Assembly (NCBI GenBank): GCA_951406725.2
Contig: OX597826.1
Span: 53,382,001-53,446,000 of the forward strand
Length of the DNA stretch: 64,000 nucleotides
DNA from: Octopus vulgaris
Taxonomy: Eukaryota
Direction of reading: 5' to 3'
A program made the translations under genes and the position numbers. Positions 58,600 through 64,000 of this stretch are shown here, one piece after another (the stretch's first letter is position 1; each line of letters opens with the position of its first letter). The notes under the pieces were generated by a model, which saw nothing but the letters and a program-made list of their open reading frames with translations, had not been told where the DNA came from and did no database searches.

Positions 58600-59050
58600 A
58601 GGGAGGAGGAGCTACAAACTTGTGACATAGAGGGCAACTGGGAATTCTTGCGAGACAGCCTGCTGAGTGCTACAAACCAAATCTGTGGCTGGTGCAAAGT
58701 CCCTTCCAGACCTAGGGTTACATTGTGGCAGAACACTACTGTAAACAGAGCCATTAGAGCAAAGAAACAGGCCTGGAAAAGTGGGAGCAGCTGGGGACTG
58801 TATCAGATAGCCCAAAGAGAAGCTAGGAGACAGGTATAACTAACCAAGGGAGAAGCAGAAAAGAAGAAATTTACCAATGTCCAGCGACGTGAGGACCAAA
58901 GAACTGAGGTATTTCGGATTGCTAGACAGTGTGTGAGAGTAAATTGTGATGTCATAGGAGAGAAATGTGTCCACATGGATGATGGTGCACTTGCTTTTAA
59001 TGATTCTGCAAATAAAGAGGCTTGGAAATGCCATTATGAAAGACTGATGT
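58600..59050 (+). mobile_element. Internal RTE LINE fragment
   Basis: NWEFLRDSLLSATNQICGWCK...AIRAKKQAWK...AWKCHYERL is typical of the EN-RT linker. Confidence 0.7.
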
Positions 59051-59559
59051 GGGTTATGGTCTAGTCATCCATATTGTAAATCAAGTGGTTCATTGCGAAA
59101 TCCTTAAGTAGCATAATTGGTGAGTTGTGAAATCCTCCAGTACCTTGGTGGTATTGGAGAAGGTTTAAGAGTTAAGAACCAGTATTTCAGCAGAAGTATT
59201 GCAATCTCCAAGTAATGGTAAGGCTTTATGTGAATTATCCATGCCTTGCTGTGTTTCACACATTTTTTTCGTAAGGAAATGATGATTGACTTTAAATCAT
59301 TGATATAATTTGTGGAGCAAAATAATGCATTTCAGTATTACTCAATGTAAAATATAATGCATGAAAAATTGGAAAACATTTTTTTGTAATAAATCAAAAT
59401 TAAATTATTAATTTTTATTCTAATTTTGTTTCTTGTAAATTAAATTTCTTCAAAATATCAATTCAAAACTTTATAATTTTTTTGTGTAAAGCATTATTTT
59501 CAGTTTAGCTATTCAAAGATTAATTAATTATTTTTTGACATAATAAATACGTGAAAAAA

Positions 59560-62500
59560 AATTTTCATACTTTGTCCTAATGAAGAAATTCAGGGTAAAC
59601 AATATTTCTTGTCTTTGACTAAAATGTAGAGATTTCCAGTCCTTGAAATAGTCACATATAACATGCCATGACTGAAACATGGTTTGTCAGATGCATACCA
59701 ATAGTTTTGAAAGTTTGACTTTGACTCTTATTGATGATCATGGCTAAACATGGTCTCACTGAGAACTGCAGCCTCCTAAATACAAAAGGCAACTTGCTAT
59801 CACTCGGAATGAGAAGAGCTTCACCTTTGTAATATAATGGTTGCTTCTATCAAGTTGTCATGCAATCTTGTTACAACACATCTTGTTCCATTTCTAGTTT
59901 GGGGTGGGTCCAAAAGATGGGGAGGCATTCCAGAAAGTTCAGTTGAATACAAAAACTCAGTAGGGTACTGTACAGCTTCATCATCATTTGTTGTAGTGTC
60001 AATAGATTTGTACACTTTTTCCTGCCCTGGAAATTCACTCATTAGCCATTTATTCAACTTGCTGACATTGGCATTTTGTGGAGAAACTACTGCTTGCACA
60101 GGAAGCCAGTCTAGATGTTTTCCATTCAAGCTCAAGCCTGGATACACTCTTGCATTCAAATTCTCTTGTTTCTCAACACAGCTGCCGAGTTCTTCAGGAA
60201 CTAAAATTGTATCAGGCACTTCCACGTAAGGGAAGTGTCCATCTCCATTTGTAAGCAGAAGCTTTGAAAAATTTGCTGAATCTGAATCTCCAGACATTTG
60301 AGCCCTCATATCTGTTGTCAGCTTCTTTACAAAAATGTGTCTCCAAGGGTAGGATTCCTTTAAACTTGCATCAACAACGTTTGCTCTTGTTCCATTTTTC
60401 ACAACAAGCAAAATTTTGACAGAAGTCCCTGGATAATAGAGTTTGAATACCACCCATTGAATTCTTGTTGTCTTGTAAAGCTCAATCAATAGCTTTGAAA
60501 ACAGTCTTATAAGCCATAGGGGCTTCATCAACAATAATTGCTTTTGTTTCCTGTATTTGGCCATGTTAGAGTTTTGAGTAACTGAACATGTAGGGTCATC
60601 CATTCTGTATATGTCCAATGGTATTTTGAAAGTGTTATGCACTGTACGTCCTCCTTCCGACAATGTTGCTGCAATGCCATTTGATGCAGTTGCCAGCACA
60701 ATTTTCCCATCTGACCTCATTTTTGTTAGAACTAAGTTTTGCAAATAAATCTTTCCTGTTCCTCGAGGTGCATCAGGAAACATAATGTTTTTATGACCTT
60801 CTCTTTCACTATTCACGATCTCCAAAAATGCTGTACAACCACTCCTTTGATCCTCTGTCAATTTTTGATATTGTTCATCAACCTGAACTGCCATCTCTTC
60901 CTGATTGTAGTTGGTCTCACATCTGTATTCATGACAAAGCTGCTCATTGTCAACATAAGGTGCTCTTAGTAAGCCATATGTTGTCAAAAAAAGGCCTACT
61001 ATCATGCGAACTTTGTATTCCAAATGACACAAAACTTGATTGAAAATGAAATCTGAGACTGGAACATCTAGATCATTCATAGACCTGCAATGTTGCATTA
61101 AATAATCTGATAATGTTTCTTTAAATGTCTCCCAAATCTCTGCTGGATGACTTGGTGAACATGCTGTCAAAATTATGGCAAAGCGGCATCTCATGTTTGC
61201 AGGTGACTGAGAAATTCTTGCTTCTTGCATGGCAAGTTGTAAATGGTCATCATTCTCAAAAAGGCAAGGCAAGCTTCTCTGAAAGCTGGGCATAGAATGC
61301 CATCAACTATTTGTAGATCTTGGAATGAAGTTGGTCCTCTCACTTCATTCAGAAGTCTAAAAAAATAACACTCTCCAGCTCTTGGGCTGATTGCGTACAT
61401 CCTGCCAAAGGCCGGAACTTTCCAAACCGGGTGATCCTCATTCACTCCATCAATCAAAGTACCTCTTTTGTGACGATTCCATTTCTTTTGTACTTTTAAT
61501 CCAAGTGTAATATTGTGGGAGTTCAGCACACTTCAATGTCTTTGCAAAGTCATCTTGGCAGAGTTGGAAAAAAGCCTGTCAAAATCTGTAAGAGGTGGTG
61601 GGCCAACAACTCTCTATAATGCATTTTCTTCACAAAAGAGCACTCTTTGTCCATTCTCAAGATAAATTTCCAAACTGACAACTAGTGGGAAATGCACATG
61701 TGTAGGATGCTCAACAATCCGCCATACTGCTTCTGATGATGACACATATCTCATATTTTGGTATTGGCTGATTTCATCAATCACCTGTGGTTCTTGACTA
61801 TTGACTTGTGCTGCATTTTGTAACTCAAAATCTGCTTGATCTCACCCCTTTGATATGTATTTGATGCAGTACTTGATGGGATGAATTGATGAGCAGATTT
61901 CAACATTAATATGACCGTTGAATTGTCACAACAAATATGTATCGCAAGGCATTACCCACTGATTAGTGATTTCTTGCTCAACTTGACGTCCATATTGTCT
62001 CATTTTGGTCTTGCTGATGTAACCTCTATTTCTGGCTTTCTCCTTCTATATTTTGGATAGGAGTCATTCCTAGTTCAGTAGCTTGTAGGAAATCTTTGGG
62101 AAATTGTTTGGAACATTTTCTGTCAATCATACATGGACCACATCATAGAGTTCTTTATCTTGCTCTTTGTTAGGGATTTCTGCAGAAATTGCTAAATTCT
62201 TCAGCTTTGATTTTGCGCTCTGGAGCTATCCAAAAAAGAAAGTGTGCATGGGGTAAACCTCTCTTTTGGTACTCAATGGTGTACAGTCATGCGTACAAAG
62301 TACCAAATATTCCCTTTTTCATGTTCCATAAACTTTTTCACTTTTAATCTGAAGATTCTCATAAAATGATATTTGGTTGATCTCTTGACCAGGAGCCAAA
62401 TTGCCGTAATTCTAGTATTTTGTTATAGATAAAATATATAAATTTGCAGAATCTTTCTTTAAAAGGGAGGTAATTTTGTTGTTTTACATTGAATTGATAG

Positions 62501-63025
62501 AAAAACCCCATGATAATAGAGGTTCAAACACTCAAGTTATGGGCTTCCAAAATTTGCAGTATAAGGGCATTTAGCCTGCATTAGGGTATCTTAATATTAT
62601 TGAAATATGCTGATACTTTGGGAATAGGCATCATTTCTGTTCATTTACCTATGGCTTAAATTTCATATAAATCGATGGGGAAAAATTTTTCAGTGGGGGG
62701 TGGGGGGTGTGCCCCCAAGGACCCCTTTGATCACAATGGAATATATTTATCCAAGTAGCCTGGAGAATGTAGTTTCAGAATATATGTGGTTATTGGGGTC
62801 TATCTCCAAAACCCTGGAAAATTTTTAGTGGTGGTGGTGGTGGTGATGGTGGGGTTGTGCCACCTGATCAAAATGAAATATATTTATCCAAGTATCCAGG
62901 TTAATGTAGTTTCAGAATGTACATGGTTATGGCACAGGGGGGTGGGTATCTATCTCCAAAACCCTAGGAGGAATTCAATAACAAACAAACAGACACACAG
63001 AGGCTACAACTTTATATATATGAGA
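59560..63025 (-). mobile_element. Degenerate Helitron (Rep/PIF1 helicase pseudogene) with probable 5' terminus
   Basis: Rep HUH motif YTIEYQKRGLPHAH (about 62240-62287). Helicase motifs DAPRGTGK, ATASNGIAATL..GGRTVH and INKSQSQT...CFSHGMLYVTISR. Minus-strand TCTCATATATATAAAG start at about 63025. Frameshifts present. Confidence 0.9.
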
Positions 63026-63476
63026 TATATATATATATAAACCCCTATTACTCCTGAAAATTGTCTTTTTATACCTTCTGTGGACTGGTCAAAACTTACT
63101 ATCTTCCTACACCTTGATCCTTAGATTTTGCCTTTATATATATTTGCCTTTCATCCTTTCGGGGTCAATAAATTAAGTACCAGTTGTGTACTGGGATCGA
63201 TCTAATCGACTGCCCCCCTCACCAAATTTCAGGCCTTGTGCCTAGAATAGAAAAGTAAAGAATATTTCTCAACCTTCTTCAATTGGTCATTGAAATTCAT
63301 GCATTAAAATACTTACAGATTTTGTCTAATCAACTGTATAATGAACAGTAGTCATTAGGAAATTGAAAAAAAAAAAAAGAAAAATGTTAATGATTGAGTT
63401 GTTTAAAATTGTGCATGGTGCGCTTTTAGATAGTCACTTTGTCTCAGAATCAATTGTTATATATCGGGAGGATCAC

Positions 63477-63704
63477 TTTAACCCTTTTGTTACCAACCCG
63501 GCTGAAACCGGCTCTGGCTCTGAGTATAAATGTCTTGTTTTCATAATTTTTGAATTAAAATTTTCCACCAAACCTTAGTCACAATTTATGTTTCTAACAC
63601 TATCTGAATGATAACCAAGTTATTTTACTAAATTCTTTGTTATATTTAAAGTAATTGAAAGAAACATAGACCTTCTCAAAATAAATGCAGTAATGAAAGG
63701 GTTA
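63477..63704. mobile_element. piggyBac-type MITE (family M2)
   Basis: TTAA-CCC...GGG-TTAA, reverse-complement copy of 23691-23916. Confidence 0.8.
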
Positions 63705-64000
63705 AAGTTTACTAGTAGAAATTTGGACAAGTGTCAACAGGTCGAAATAAGTTCATGTCTTTTGTTTAAGATAGGAATTGGGGTGGTGAATGATCTAGAG
63801 AGTCTCTGAAAGGCAGAGGTCATAGTTCTTCAATCTCTTCTTAAAAACTAGTGCTTTATCTTGTATTGAACATGGAATAGTAGATTGTTCTGAATGTCTT
63901 CTCTTATCTAACTCAGATTAAGTAGTTTTAAGACTCCTGATAAAAGACTGCATCTGGAAGACTAACTTAAGTTGTAGATACACTCACACATAAAAAAGAC

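Noticed and set aside
59821-61293. Host PIF1 helicase gene
   Set aside because: Intronless, frameshifted within conserved motifs and linked to a Rep HUH domain, so it is a Helitron pseudogene.

Overview
AT-rich, repeat-dense animal genomic DNA, probably from an octopus. That assignment is inferred from the recurring tRNA-derived SINE families and dense (TA)/(CA) microsatellites, not from a database search. Three spliced genes could be reconstructed by hand with GT-AG junctions and consistent reading-frame phases. (1) The last four coding exons of an INF2/FHDC1-like FH2-domain formin (+, 4250-14354). (2) A complete 16-exon FIP1L1 gene (-, 42499-14866, 515 aa), tail-to-tail with the formin. (3) A 3-exon mitochondrial initiation factor 3 gene, MTIF3 (+, 42794-50292, 223 aa), head-to-head with FIP1L1 with start codons about 295 bp apart. 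Introns and the intergenic DNA carry a Penelope-like retroelement with an inverted pseudo-LTR, a mariner, a Chapaev3-like transposon, a Helitron, RTE/CRE LINE fragments, hAT/piggyBac/pogo MITEs and many SINEs. The most unusual observations are: several minimal hammerhead-ribozyme-shaped motifs, each with a different core substitution, one being a compensatory G3-C8 swap; two independent inverted templated insertions flanked by direct duplications; several long fold-backs; an apparent GAG-GAG splice acceptor in FIP1L1; a duplicated acceptor-bearing cassette in two FIP1L1 introns; and a formin DAD/WH2 motif that ends before the LKKT-like motif. All coordinates and alignments were read by eye.
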